This document shows positions 10,720 to 22,020 of a stretch of DNA of 64,000 bases, piece by piece. Origin of the DNA: Octopus sinensis (lineage: Eukaryota); the NCBI RefSeq assembly GCF_006345805.1, contig NW_021832430.1, positions 310,001 to 374,000 of the forward strand, written 5' to 3'. Position numbers and translations under genes: made by a program. Within the stretch, counting starts at the first letter, position 1; each line of letters starts with the position of its first letter. The notes beneath the pieces are model-generated. The model saw only the letters and a program-made list of their open reading frames with translations, was not told the DNA's origin and ran no database searches.

Positions 10720-11480
10720 TTAATTGTTTCTACCAGCAAAGTATGTTTCCATAAAGTAACGCGCGGCACCTCTCTGTACTTTATCGCGCTTTTTTGCACT
10801 TCCCACATCCTCTTCACAGTCTGAGTATGTGCGTGTGTCGTGGGATTGATAAAATTTCTTTAAAATTGAGAACCCTTCGGATTCGTTAACAAAAATCTGG
10901 AATTTAGAGGATTCGAGAAATTTTCTTAGAGAAAATGGCAGATTGGTCTGCCAAAAACGGCCTGCCGCCCTGTGCGATCTTGTGTGGGCTCGTGGGAAGA
11001 CCACCGAGCGAGGATGAGGTCCCTGGTTGAGTGCATCGGGATCACGTGACATTTGTTCGGTTTTTAGCGTGGTCTTGGTGATTTAATAAATAAATTGGAG
11101 AATTTATTAGATATAATTGACAGATTCGAAAAAATGGCAGATTCGAGAGACTTTATTTTATTTTTAAGAGACATCTGCATTGATCGGCCAGATTAGTAAT
11201 ATGTCTTGTTTTCTAAAATAGATTCTGTGGCATGGATGAGAAGGTTTTGTATTTCGTGGAGGAATTGAAGTCCTCTCATCACCAAACGGTCTTCGAGCGG
11301 AAGGATACAGGATTGCCAATGAGGATGGGAGTGTGGGCTAAGCAGCCAATTATTGTGTGAAGGCGTGAGTTATTAATTCTTCGGAGTTTTTGGAGATTTG
11401 ATAAAGACAGGTTCCATAACCATGCCGAACTCCGTAGTTCATTGATGTTCCGACAAATTGTCTGTAGACCAGAACGAGAA
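10720..11480 (-). mobile_element. Probable degenerate Jockey/I-like LINE 3' region
   Basis: TICRNINE...SLSNLQKLRRINNSRLHTIIGCLAHTP resembles the post-RT region of the 44228-44800 LINE. Frameshifted; identity of ORF 10720-11052 uncertain. Confidence 0.45.
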
Positions 11481-11609
11481 AATTAATAAGTTAATAGAAA
11501 AATGATTTTAGTAATTCAACACCATTTTTATAAAAAACTGGATTTTTTTAAATAAAAGTCACTTTAAATTTAGTAAAAAAATAATTAAAAATTCCGATTT
11601 ATTTGCATT

Positions 11610-12782
11610 TTAACTGTTTTTGTTTATTTTATTAAAACGTAAAGTTTCATGTGAAATTTCTGATGGCATTTTAAATTTTTTCTTATATAAAAATGTAAAT
11701 TTTGAAACTATCACTGGAATTGGGAATGATATGATTAATATTCCAGAAAGAGAGCAGAAACCTGCCACAATTTTTCCATAAACTCCCAATGGTCGCTTAT
11801 CTCCATATCCAACAGTTGTCATTGTAATAATAGCCCACCAAAATGCATCCGGAATGCTTAAAAAGTTACTATTGACATTGGTTAATTCTGCGTAATAAAT
11901 TAACGACGAATAAAAGAGAATTGTGATCATAAAATAAACCAGCATTAGCGTCAAACAATCAAGTGAATAAAAAATAGCTTTTCCCAGTATTTCTAGACCA
12001 GTTAAATTATTTGATAACTTAAATATTCGAATTATTTGGATTATTAAACAAATCTGGTTAATTGTGTACAATATACTGTGTTTGATTAATCCATGAGCAT
12101 ATATAACTTCAAATATAGTTTGTATGTATAACGGTGAAATGCTTAAAATGTCAACTATAAATTTTCCAGAAAAACATTCTGAAATAATTTTATAAATCAA
12201 AAATAAGCGAATGATCATTTCAATTGTAAAATATGTTGTAAACAGAACTTCAATTGCAAAAATATAATTAATTTTGGAAAGACTTTCTATCCTTATATCA
12301 TTGTGTGGATAAGTGCGCAAACATAAATTTGCAATGGAAAGCAAAATTAAAAGATTTGAAAATATTTGAATAATCTTTCCACTCATAGATAAATCAGGAA
12401 ACTTTAAAGTTATCCATATAAATCTCAAAAAAAAATTTTCTGGGATATTTATTTCTTTCGGAACGTAATATGGACCAATTCCTTCGTCAGCATACATATT
12501 TTCGATCGACCGACGATCAATTTCAAAAAATTCTACTTCTCTTGTAAATATGTCTATATCGACGTTTCCTGGTTTTTTTAGGTTTCCCTCATTTTGGTAA
12601 TAATTTATAATTCCTTCAAAACTGTCTCGATGTCGGTCAAAAAAATATTCGTTTCTAGTCTTATCAAAATATTCATTTAATTTCAAAGGATTTCCCAATA
12701 ATGTTTTTGGAAATTTTTTAAAGTAACATTTGTCAAGTTCGAATTTTCGTCCACTGATATTAATAGAGATTATATCTAGCAT
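11610..12782 (-). CDS. Intronless Shaker/Kv1-like K+ channel alpha subunit with charge-depleted S4
   Basis: T1 domain (NISGRKFE, FPKTLLG, EYFFDRHR), six TM segments, pore FWWAIITMTTVGYGD, S6 PIPVIVS. Single 390-aa ORF. Confidence 0.93.
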   Translation of the reverse strand: MLDIISINISGRKFELDKCYFKKFPKTLLGNPLKLNEYFDKTRNEYFFDRHRDSFEGIINYYQNEGNLKKPGNVDIDIFTREVEFFEIDRRSIENMYADEGIGPYYVPKEINIPENFFLRFIWITLKFPDLSMSGKIIQIFSNLLILLSIANLCLRTYPHNDIRIESLSKINYIFAIEVLFTTYFTIEMIIRLFLIYKIISECFSGKFIVDILSISPLYIQTIFEVIYAHGLIKHSILYTINQICLIIQIIRIFKLSNNLTGLEILGKAIFYSLDCLTLMLVYFMITILFYSSLIYYAELTNVNSNFLSIPDAFWWAIITMTTVGYGDKRPLGVYGKIVAGFCSLSGILIISFPIPVIVSKFTFLYKKKFKMPSEISHETLRFNKINKNS

Positions 12783-13129
12783 TCTTTATTATATTTAATA
12801 AAAGCTAACAATTTATAGCTTTTATTATTTGATTGATGCTTCATATGTATTAGCGTCAAAACGCTATAGTAACTGTCAATCAATAATTAATAACCCTAAA
12901 GTCAACATATTTACCAAGGAGATAGATAATACTCAATTGGTTTCCAGATATTGATTTCAAAAACTGGATATGCCTTAATGAGTAAAAAATTAAACTTTAT
13001 TAAAACAAAACAAAATTTAATTAAGGTTACACCATTTAATTGAAATTTTTCATTCCTTATTGTTGGAAATTTTTCTCCTCATTTAGGGGAAGAATTTGCT
13101 ACTAGCTCCTCATTCTCTATCTTTCTGTC

Positions 13130-13520
13130 AGATATAGTTGTTATATGTACCATAGCTTTAATTTAATTGAAATGCCCCGAAAGCATGGCAGTTCCAAAAT
13201 TGCTCAGAAGTGTATTCATCACCAGATACTCTCATCCCATGCTTGTGTTCAATCAACATACTTTCAAGAGTCTTTTTCAGTATACAAGATTGAATATAAG
13301 TTCTTGTTGCTTTTCAATGGTAATTTTTAAAGTATCTCGAGATATTTCCATTCTATGGCAAAACAACCGGAATAGTTTTTACCTTTGCTTCAAAGAGTAT
13401 CGAAATTTTATTTCCCAGTAGATCATATTTATGAAATTTTTTGATTTCGACTTGTTTGAGACGATCTTATGATGTAATGCCCGCTTTGATTAAAGTTATT
13501 TCCTTCATTATTTTGTGGTA
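13130..13520 (-). mobile_element. Degenerate R4-like RLE/3' fragment
   Basis: GITS*DRLKQVEIKKFHKYDLL...IPVVL...TRTYIQSCILKKTLESMLIEHKHG. Confidence 0.75.
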
Positions 13521-13793
13521 AACAAAAATATAAGGTTTATTGTAAAAGACATTTAAAAATAGCTTGAATATAGTTTTAAAATAAGCTAAAAATATATTTA
13601 CTCGGGTTTTTGATAAATTTTTAAAATGTTTTGGAACTGAATATTTGGAAGTGACTTAACTAAATAAGAAATCCAATTAGCAAATATTGAGTCGATATAA
13701 AAAATATGATTCTAATTGGCCAATTCTTCTTTGTAATTTATGAAGCTTTTCGTTGCATATTTCTGTGAGATGGCGATTCTATTTTAACTAAGA

Positions 13794-15301
13794 CAGCGGT
13801 TCTCAACCGTGGTCCCTAGGAATTTTGAAAAAATAAAAATATATTAAAGTTAAAAATAATTGTGTAATTAAGTATAAATCAAAAACATTGATATTAACCT
13901 GATTTTATCAGCGTGGTTTATCATTCTAATGCAGCGGTTCTCAACCGTGGTCCCCAGAAAATTTTTAGTGGTCCCCAGGAATTTTCGAAAAATAAAAATA
14001 TATTAAAGTTAAAACTAATTGTACAATTAAGTATAAATCAAAAACATTGAAATTAATCTGATTTGATTAGCGTGGTTTATCATTCTAGTTATGGTTAACA
14101 AGAATCGTCGTCTTTGGTCGGATCACGTACAATTTGGATTCACTAAATTCATTGCCCCAAACTCAATTTTCAGCAGAGCTTGATTGAACTTCAATGTAAT
14201 CAGTCTGCTCAGATTATTTTCAAATGTACTTCATTATTAGATTTTTGGTATTCTCATTAATAATTACTTTTTATTGTTAGGTGTCAGATGGCGAAAGAAT
14301 TCCCCATTTTGAGTAAAACTGCATTGGAATCAATACTTGCATTCCCCACTACTTATCACTGTGAAATGGCGATGTCGTGTCTGACTTTTCTAAAAACAAA
14401 ATATAGAAATAGACTACGGGTACAAGATGATATGCGAGTAGCTTTGTCGAACATAGAGCCTGATATAAGTAAAATTATTCTGAGCAAACAAGATCAGAAA
14501 TCTCACTAAATTACTATTAAATTTTCTGTTATTTTCATAATGTTCATGTTATTTTTATAATAAATATTCGAACATGTCTAAACCTGGCCCTGACGAGGCC
14601 AAAAATTGTGCGCTAATACCAAAAAATGTTTATTTTATTTAAGGTGGTTCCCACAAAATTTTATAGTGCAAAAGTGGTCCCCAGTCTAAAAAAGGTTGAG
14701 AACCGCTGTTCTAATGGTTAAAAAGAATTGTCGTCTTTGGTCCGATTCCTACTTTCAATTTGGATTTACAAATAAATAATAAATTTGGATTTACTAAATT
14801 CATTGCCTTTAATAATGAAATAAAGGCAAAACGCATGATTTTCCATAGAATTTTGGGAAACAATTCACTGAAGCCTTCTAATTTTCTTCTTAGTTTGATA
14901 ATCAAACACCTGGAAAATCTCAAGACAAAATTTGATGATTACTTTCTTGTTGAAGATCCAATTCCAAACTATATCGTTCAACCTTTCTTGACTTTATTTA
15001 AAGAATATCAGCAACTTAATTTTCAGCAGAGCTTGATTGAACTTTAATGTAAACAGTCCGCTCAGACTATTTTCAAATGTACTTCATTATTGGATTTTTA
15101 GTATTTTCTCAGATTATTTTCAAATGTGCTTCATTATTGAATTACTTCTTATTTTTAGGTGTCAGATGGCGATAGAATTCCCAACTTTGAGCAAAACTGA
15201 ATTGAAATCAAAACTTGCATTCCCAGCTACTTATCACCGTGAAATTGCAAAATTTTATAGTGCAAAAGTAGTCCCAGTCTAAAAAAGGTTGAGAACTGCT
15301 G
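13794..15301 (+). mobile_element. Non-autonomous hAT/Buster element (outer copy)
   Basis: TIR CAGCGGTTCTCAACC at 13794 and GGTTGAGAACTGCTG ending 15301. Flanks AACTAAGA/GACTGAGA (6/8, nnnTAnnn). Internal Buster transposase remnants. Confidence 0.8.
13932..14708 (+). mobile_element. Non-autonomous hAT/Buster element (inner copy) with perfect 8-bp TSD
   Basis: TIR CAGCGGTTCTCAACC...GGTTGAGAACCGCTG; TSD TTCTAATG at 13924-13931 and 14709-14716. ORF 14288-14509 is the hAT C-terminal dimerization region (FPTTYHCE...KTKYRNRL). Confidence 0.92.
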
Positions 15302-15500
15302 GACTGAGATGATATTTGGAGGGATGGCAGGTCCTAAAGGTCCATAATTACGAAGAAAATACTATATTTAATAAATTGATAAATTAAAAATAGTTTAGTT
15401 TATTCGTTAATTATATTGTAATAATTTCAATTTTTTATCAATAAAAGTAGAATATCTTGTTTACTTTTTTTGTTTGTCCCTGTTTCATTGAGTGTTTCCA

Positions 15501-16336
15501 ATGAATATCCAGTTAATATCTCTCTTCATTGTCACAGGTTTGTCAATGCTGTAACCACAGTGTGTTCGAGATGTGATTTTCACTTTTATAGTCACCAAGA
15601 CAATAACGAATATAAAGGAAAGTGCTATCGCCTGTTTAGGACATTCAAAGATTGGTACAACGCCAGAGACCACTGCAAGACTATGGGCGGATCACTTGTC
15701 CTTAAACCCTTTTCAATTATTAGCTTACCATCCAATCAGCAGACAAATCAGAATTTATCACCAATCTTTTAATCGATACCCCTATCTTTGAAATATACGA
15801 AATATACACTGGAGGACACTGGAATGGCTTCAGATGGAATTGGAATGGTGAAGGTAGTCATTGATATTGATCATAGCCGTGCTCGGGTCATTCAAGAATT
15901 GGGGGGATTCTGGTCAAATGAGGTCAGGGGATTGTATTTGCCTCAAGAAAAATATGAATTGGCGATGGGACGATTGCAATTGTCAGTACTTCACGAGTGC
16001 CTCAGGCTTTATTTGCGAGACTTGTTTAGTTCATTTTTGACAAATTTGTAGCCGCCCTTCCGGAAATTCCCAGAGAAAGTAAATCAATTGGCGGTTTATT
16101 TTAGGGCAAATTGTGCCTATTGTGATCGGGATACTTTTTGGATTTTTCATAGCTGTGTTCCTTATTGCAATTGCTGTCAGACTGTTTGATTGAGTGATTG
16201 GTCATCCTTTAGATTAGTTCAGAGATATCCGAGGAGGAGACTCCCCTGTGTAATTCCATCTCTTACAGAAAGCCCTGCTTTTGCTGACTACAAGGACTCC
16301 CCACCCTCTTACAGTGAGGTCATCAAAATATATTAA
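15501..16336 (+). CDS. Type-I membrane C-type lectin-domain protein, 6 micro-introns
   Basis: Spliced product: signal peptide MNIQLISLFIVT, CTLD (KCYRLF..WYNARDHCKTMGGSL, WNGFRWNW, CICL..WRWDDCNC..GFICE), TM segment, tail ending DSPPSYSEVIKIY*. Confidence 0.8.
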
Positions 16337-17949
16337 TCATTTATTAACTTTATTAATATTTGTTCTTTTCTTATGTATCTATCTCTACGGTTTGTTGTCA
16401 GTTACACAAAACCACTGGATCTGATATGAAGATTCCAATCGTCGCTGTTATTTAATTTTTTGAAATATATTTATTAATTTTAATGGTTTTTTCATGTGAT
16501 TTTACGAGAATAATTCATATAAAAAGACAAATTGCGCTTTAATGGACATCAAAGTTGTTTATTTACGCGAAATTAAAACCAAGATTAATTTTAAAAAATA
16601 CAAAGACAAGACCGAAGAACTAAAATGGAAATTTCAGAAAAATTTCCACAATTTCCGCACCAACTTGGTACATAATAAAAATAAAATAATTTTAGAAAAG
16701 ATTAAGTGGCAAATTATGCAGAAACACTAAACAATACGACAGTCTGAGTCAACAAATCGACGACGACACTTACTTACTATTCTCTAATTATGAAAATACA
16801 ACTTAATATAAACTTAAAATGTGTTAATTAAACAAACTACTTGCGTACTGAATGAGATATAGAGTGTCGATAAAATTAGATACTTGATAAGCAAGCACGT
16901 TTAATCATTCAAATCAACTCAATAGGCTTAGACAAGATATTCGGAGTGTCTCACTGTTCGAAAAAGTTTGTTTGAATTTTAGAATATACTGACATTTTTC
17001 ATTGTCAAGAACGTGAAATAAACATAATATTTTCCAACTGAGTACGTGAAACCAGAGTCCAAAAACTAAATAACATGCGGCAACAAGAACTAACTCAGAT
17101 CGGTTGATATGTTGTTGAGACAGTCACTTATTTATCCTGACTATCATGGAGGAAAGCAGAAACTAATAAGAAACTGGCAGCAATTACAGCCGATTCCATA
17201 GATCCAGATTTCGGAAAGAAAAAGAGTTTGCCTTTTGGGGATAAGAAGTGGCTGAATTCATATTTTACTGAGCTATAACATAATTATAGATAGAGAGGCT
17301 TTTTTTTATTTAACCCAATTTGATTTTAAAAGAAATGCTGTAATTTTTAGTTTTAATATGTTTGAATGTTTTATTATTTAGTTCTTATTTAAATAAAATA
17401 AATTAATATATTAACATTATGTGGTACGAAATATTACCAAGTTTAAGCATTGTGGCAATTTTTATGAATGCCCCTCCACTTGTATCTATGGTTCAGAACA
17501 TGATTCTTTACAAAGGACACGTTCGTTTTTTTGCAGATTAATAATTTTTAGAAATATACAAGAAACTGGGAACATGCTCCTCAGGATATGCAGAGCTTCA
17601 TTCGGGACCGAAGATTAACAGGGAATGAGTATATTTGCAACGTGGGCTTTTGTTTATTTTAATTTTTTATAGGGAATTTATTCCTTCGATGATTAATTTT
17701 CTCAATTTTAACTAACTAAAATTTAATAAATGAAAATAATATTTCTTTGCTCCTTATAGACCTATTTAGATGGGGAAAATTGATCCTTGTCTTTTGTTAT
17801 TAATTTGCATGACGATTTAGGGTTATCCTCCAGTTATACTTTATTAGACTTTTTTTCTTTTTAGAGTGAAATGGATAATCCATTTTTATTATCCACGAAC
17901 GACTGGATATGTCTTTGTTTCTTTTTTATTCCAAGGTAGTCGAGGTGAC

Positions 17950-18500
17950 TCTTGTAGTACGTCCCAGGTAGGAAAGTATCTTAACTTCTGGCTTGTTTAT
18001 AATTCCCAGTTCGCTTGCTAACAGCGTATTTGTTCATTTTGTCAACTTAGACCTATTTCACGCCACTCTGAAACGTCAATTCTATTGTAGAACAAATCAT
18101 CAGGTGTATATTGCTCGGTGATTATTTTGACTATTTCTTTGCATAGGGTATCATGGATTGAGGTGAATTTTTAAAAAGAAATGATATAACCTGTTAAATC
18201 CAGATGCTTTCCAGTTTGGGAGCCCTTTGACGACATCTAAGATTGCTTCTTTTGTCAGGCCAATAGACATTATCGGAGCCTGTCACTCTTGTTTTCACTG
18301 GGAACTGAAAGTACTTTTTTTCTTGCTTTGTTCAAATGTTCTTTAAAAAGGAAAATATTCATCCACTTCAAAGTTAAGCGTATAATTTCTCACTCTTCAA
18401 ACACATTCTTATAAAACCCTCTTCTATTGAGTTCAAAACACCAGTTGTCTTTACTATTTTCTTTTTCGATTCATTAATGTGTATTTTTTTAATGAATCGT
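17950..18500 (-). mobile_element. Highly degenerate R4-like RT N-terminal remnant
   Basis: LTKEAILDVVKGLPNWKASGFNRLYHFFLK matches the LPNWKAPGxDG motif preceding RT; many stops. Confidence 0.5.
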
Positions 18501-18790
18501 ATCTCCTTCCAAATTTTTTAAAAATCATTTAATAAAGCATATATCTAGTCGGTCGTGCTCCATGAAGAGCATGCAAGTGATTAATAAACACGAATTATCC
18601 TTTCTAAGCTACCAAGAAAAAAGCCTGATGAAGCAAAACTTGAAGATATCTCCAAATAGTCCATGCAAATTGATAACCGAGACAAGGAAGATTCAAAATT
18701 ATATTACTAGTTTCATTTGAAATTAATAATGTTTAGTTCGATATTTATAATTATAAGATATATATTTATAAATAAATTTTAATTAATCAA

Positions 18791-20316
18791 ATGGGACAAT
18801 ATTGTGGTGGAGGTAAATAATATTATTTAAATTGCAAGATGAAATTGGAGCTCTTGTATTCGACATTGGAAGCTACACTTCCAAGGCAGGCTACGCCGGG
18901 GATGAATTTCCTTGTGTATTTAACTATCCCGATGGTTCCAGGTCGACTATCGGAGTTTATTGACCTTGGACGCCGACGGAGAAAAGAAGCCAAAATGCAT
19001 ATATGGGAATAACTTTCTCACTGCGCCCGTTCCCAACCGAGAAGTCATCTCCTTCCACGACAAAGAAGGCCTAAGTTCATCCACTAAACAACCTTTCAGT
19101 CAACAACTGGGACTGTTTTGAAATCATGATTGATCACATATACTCCAATGGCCTATCCGCGAACCCCTCCGAACATCCCGTGCTTCTCTCAGAACCATCT
19201 GTAATGCCTCCTCAACGTGAGCCCAGGGAATCCTTCGAACTCAGAGGGAAAAACAACTCGAAATTATGTTTGAGACCTTTAATGTCCCTGCCCTCAATTT
19301 GCGGCCTTCTGCAGTTCTTTGCGCGTATTGTCTGTTTTATACTGGTCAGATTTGCCAACGGAAAACCCACAGCGTTGGTTGTAGAGAGTGGGCATTTTCT
19401 GACTTCCGTGACCCCAGTCCTCGATGGTTATGCAATTCATAATGGTTAACCACGTGATTGTCACTCGAGTAGCTGTGCGTAGATCTACGGTGGCCGGGCA
19501 TTTCCTAATGGAAAGGTGCGACATGTTACTTAAAAATGCAAAATTTAATATTTCTGACTGTATTTTGATCGAATCGAAGGAATGTGTTCCCGAAGGAAGG
19601 TTACCAAAGTTCACAAAGCGGAATATCCCTGACTTGACCGAGTCGTACACGGCCTATTTACAAAATGTGCTTTTTTCTTGTTTATGAGCAGAATTTTTTG
19701 AAGGACATGGCAACTTCGATCATCCGTTTCCATGAATATAACACAAAGGATGTGTAATATTTTTAACCTTACATTTAAGTAACCTTGATAGACTCCCGGG
19801 AATCACCTACGAGTTTCCCAACGGATATTCCCATACTTTTGTGAATGAAAGGTACAAATTAGCCGACTCCTTCATTGACGCGGTTTGGGAGCCTTGAGTT
19901 TATGTCTAGTCAGGTATCGTGAACATGATACTTTCGACTTCGACACAAACCGATGTTGATATTCGACCGGCGAGATTAAATTTTTTGAGATTCTAGGCTC
20001 TTTTTTCAAACGTGGTATTGGCTGGAGGGAATATGTTGTATGGAGGGTTGTCAGAGCGAATTATCAAGGAGTTGAGTATGCGGACTTCTTCGGTTGATTC
20101 CAAGTTATGATTAGTTTAGAATATTCGAATAAAAATAAACCCCCCAACCAACATTGCAGAAAAGAGATTTATTCATTGTAGTGCATGGATTGGGGGCTCT
20201 ATTCTGGCATCTTTGGTTCTGTCATTTCCTATATGGCGTAGGGCTCATTTCACAGCCTTTGGACGTCCAAGAAAAATTATGAAGAAGTCGGAAATTCAGT
20301 TTTGGACAAAATGTGA
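18791..20316 (+). CDS. ACTL6A: Actin-related protein ACTL6/BAF53 (Arp4), about 12 micro-introns including a GC-AG intron
   Basis: GG|[48 protein letters not shown]|[22 protein letters not shown]|GSF..W.SK..YEE.G. Confidence 0.88.
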
Positions 20317-20429
20317 TTTGCTTTTTTTGTTCGTTTTTTGTGTTTTTTTATTAAAATTTGTATTGTCCCTTCTTGAATTTGATTTAGTTTGTCACGCTAA
20401 GACAAGTAAATTTTCTTTCTAATGAAAGT

Positions 20430-20600
20430 ACTTGTCATATCTCAAACTTTCCACTTAGTTTCAGGAGTGAAGAATCGGCCGTTCTGACGAGCATTTCATA
20501 TCCTGAACGACAGACCTGCTTTCACTGAAAAAGAATATAGTCATCCCATCTACGCATTTTCATTCGCAACTATTGAGTTTAGTGGGTTCTAATATCGACA
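20430..20600 (-). mobile_element. Degenerate CRE-like RLE remnant
   Basis: LEPTKLNSCE*KCVDGMTIFFFSESRSVVQD resembles LEPxGLxRxDGKRPDGMTIFPFxxGKxLVWD. Confidence 0.5.
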
Positions 20601-20837
20601 GGGGACCAGCGACAATTGTCGAAGGATTTTGGACGCTTCCATGTAGTATAAGGTTCAATGGGTCTATAAATATATTTTAATATGACCTGAATGTATTAAT
20701 TGACTTATAACGAACTTAAAGACTAAATATCTTTGGAAACGATGTAATACATCTACCAACTTCTAATAGATACACAACATTAAAGACACAATGACATTTA
20801 CTTTTTTTTTTATAAATTACACTATGATCCTAGTCGT

Positions 20838-21145
20838 CATATTCAATCTGTTGTTTTAAAAAGAACTCTAGAAAGCATGGTAGTTGAACACAGACATGGA
20901 GTGAGAGTATCTGCCGAAGAATACGCCTCTGCTGCTTACCAGCTTGCAGAAATGGCATGCTGCCGTGACACGCCGGTGAAAGATATGAGACAAATAGAAA
21001 ATCTATCTGGCTGGGAGATGGAGAGTGTGGAGGAACTGGTTGCAAGCTCTTCTCCTAAAAGGAGGAAAGAGATTCCAATAATCGGGACTGAGAATCTAAA
21101 TTAAATAGTCTAGCTTAAGTTAAATTTTGTTTCTTTTAATAATAG
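20838..21145 (+). mobile_element. 308-bp R4-like 3' fragment with 13-bp TSD
   Basis: IQSVVLKRTLESMVVEHRHGV; TGATCCTAGTCGT at 20825-20837 and 21146-21158. Confidence 0.85.
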
Positions 21146-22020
21146 TGATCCTAGTCGTTTGTTTTTTTTCAAAAAAGTTTCCAAAAAATGCATATGTGCG
21201 AATAAAGATGGAGAAATAATTACAGCTGTGAATTACAAATACGAAAATGATAACCCTAGGACAATACAATCAAGTCGGGCTATAAAATTGTGATTTAAAA
21301 ATTCGTTTGGCGCTCTTCACTTATGCACTGTAACATACTTTTTCAATTATCAATTCATATTTACATTAAAAAACGTTCATACTAATTGAAAAATTAAACA
21401 AATTCGTTGTTGCCGTTAGATAAGTTTGATTCAAAAAATTGTCAGCTAGCTATTCTGGTTTGCGTCTGATATGGATCGTCTACTTGTTTTGCTGACTCAT
21501 TTTTTAAGAGACGGTTTCAAATCTTCATATTCAAACCACCATTAGAATCCGTAAATTAGGAAAGGTTCGATCCCAGTTGAAAATTTTAAATATAAATAAA
21601 AATTTCCGAATCTAGAGAAAGGCCTGTCTATTTTACCAACTCCGTTGCTTTTTTCCTTTAGGGTCCAATATCGCTTCTGAAGATACTTTCTATTTATTTT
21701 TAACTAAATATATTATTTAATCGCTTATCTAATTTTCTTATTTTTACTAATCCATATTATTGAGCTTTTTACTAAATAAAGGAAACAGCCACCACGAGAC
21801 TCCAGAGGAACCTGACAAGGATACAGACGCAGTATTCCGGCCCATGAATCTGGCGGAAGGAGGCGGATCGATAGCAAAGCGAAGGAAGTTGGAACCAAAA
21901 TTCTCATGATAAGATATTTTCTCCACTTCAATGAATTTACTAATTTGGATTTTTTAGTCTATTTTTTCACACTATTTTTTTAATCAGAGGAATTTAATTC
22001 AAAATGAAGGGGTTATTTGA

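Noticed and set aside
11380-11460. MORN-like peptide YGVRHGYGTCLY on the - strand
   Set aside because: An overlapping frame gives a better and longer match to a LINE post-RT region, and the MORN frame is short and closed by stops.
21555-21585. tRNA B-box-like GGTTCGATCCC
   Set aside because: No A-box at proper spacing and no cloverleaf.
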